DNA from: a virus
IMG/VR virus record: IMGVR_UViG_3300025423_000009
Coordinates: 32,001 to 96,000 of that record
Strand: one strand, 5' to 3'
DNA: 64,000 bases
Shown: piece by piece, positions 63,269-64,000 of the stretch
Layout of the letters: every line of letters starts with the position of its first letter
Numbering within the stretch: the first letter of the stretch is position 1
Notes under the pieces: model-generated
The model's input: only the letters and a program-made list of their open reading frames with translations
What the model was told of the DNA's origin: nothing
Databases searched by the model: none
Translations under genes and position numbers: made by a program

Positions 63269-64000
63269 TCACAGAGAATCCCATGCGCGCTGCTGCTCGA
63301 GCATCTCGCTGTACACTTCCATTGATCGAGTCGCCTCTCCTTGAGTTGCTCCTCCCAGGAAACCAGCTGGCACCAGCTCGTCCTCCATCGCCTTCACGGA
63401 TTCCGCAAAGAGCATCTCCTTGAGCTCTCCGTCCTTTAGCTCCGCAAATGGAGTGGTCAGAAACCAAGCCAACATCACGAGGTTCATCACGAGGTCATCA
63501 TGATTGTTTCCCTCGGCCTGATAGCTGTCTCCATGAGCAGCAAACGTAGATAGTTCGAGTATCGCGTCGGAGTCATGAATCGTCAGCTTCTTTCCCTCGA
63601 TCAGATCTTTCAGGAACGAGCATCCAACCTTCTTGACTCTCTTGGTCATCGTAACGCCGATGCCTCCCTTGACTCCAGATCGTTCCACGAAGGTGTTCTC
63701 GTATTCCATGTCATAATATACTCCGTTGCAGACCACCTGTCCGACGTCATTGTTCTCAATGACGATCAGAGCCTCGTTGAATCGCTTGGCCACGCCAACA
63801 ATGAGATCCGGAAAGATTAGCGGAGAGATCAGATTGTCTCGAAAGGTAGCCACCTGCTCGAACGGACGAACCGAGAGATCCGTGACCGTCAGAGTGGAAT
63901 AGTCCTGTCCTCGTCCCTTACATACGTCGACCGTGACGACATATCGATGCCCTTCAATCGGCTTCTGATAGATCTTCACGTTGCGAATCGTCTCGATTGG
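63269..64000 (-). CDS. 17: Terminase large subunit gp17, C-terminal nuclease part (partial)
   Basis: VDVCKGRGQDYS, IENND.G, HDDLVM.L; frame stays open to the window edge. Confidence 0.95.
   Translation of the reverse strand, partial: PIETIRNVKIYQKPIEGHRYVVTVDVCKGRGQDYSTLTVTDLSVRPFEQVATFRDNLISPLIFPDLIVGVAKRFNEALIVIENNDVGQVVCNGVYYDMEYENTFVERSGVKGGIGVTMTKRVKKVGCSFLKDLIEGKKLTIHDSDAILELSTFAAHGDSYQAEGNNHDDLVMNLVMLAWFLTTPFAELKDGELKEMLFAESVKAMEDELVPAGFLGGATQGEATRSMEVYSEMLEQQRAWDSL

Overview
This window is a 64-kb segment of a T4-like myovirus genome, with almost every gene on the minus strand. No host can be named from the sequence. Read in the direction of transcription (right to left), it carries: the structural block (17 partial, 18, 19, 20, 67, a homing endonuclease, 21, 22, 23, 3); uvsY; a split uvsW; 55, 47, 46; a VWA/MoxR pair; a hexapeptide-repeat protein; 45, groES, 44, 62, regA; an 834-aa multi-enzyme protein; hsp20; a split gp43; a MazG-like gene and a prim-pol gene; a seven-gene sugar/glycosyltransferase block; a tRNA cluster; a DNA-modification cluster built around a T4 gp42-type dCMP hydroxymethylase; uvsX, 40, 41; a DfrB-type DHFR; and a block of late genes whose products look capsid-targeted. 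The strongest candidates for new biology are: (1) a cytosine hypermodification locus combining gp42, two HhH-like aGPT-Pplase paralogues, a PLP enzyme, a BGT-N/SGNH fusion and a C5-methyltransferase-fold protein with a degenerate SAM motif; (2) several non-canonical tRNA-like RNAs, two ending in an encoded CCA; (3) a UvsW helicase split inside a catalytically dead Hint-like fragment; and (4) a phage DfrB. All family calls come from motif reading and recalled reference sequences. No database searches were run.
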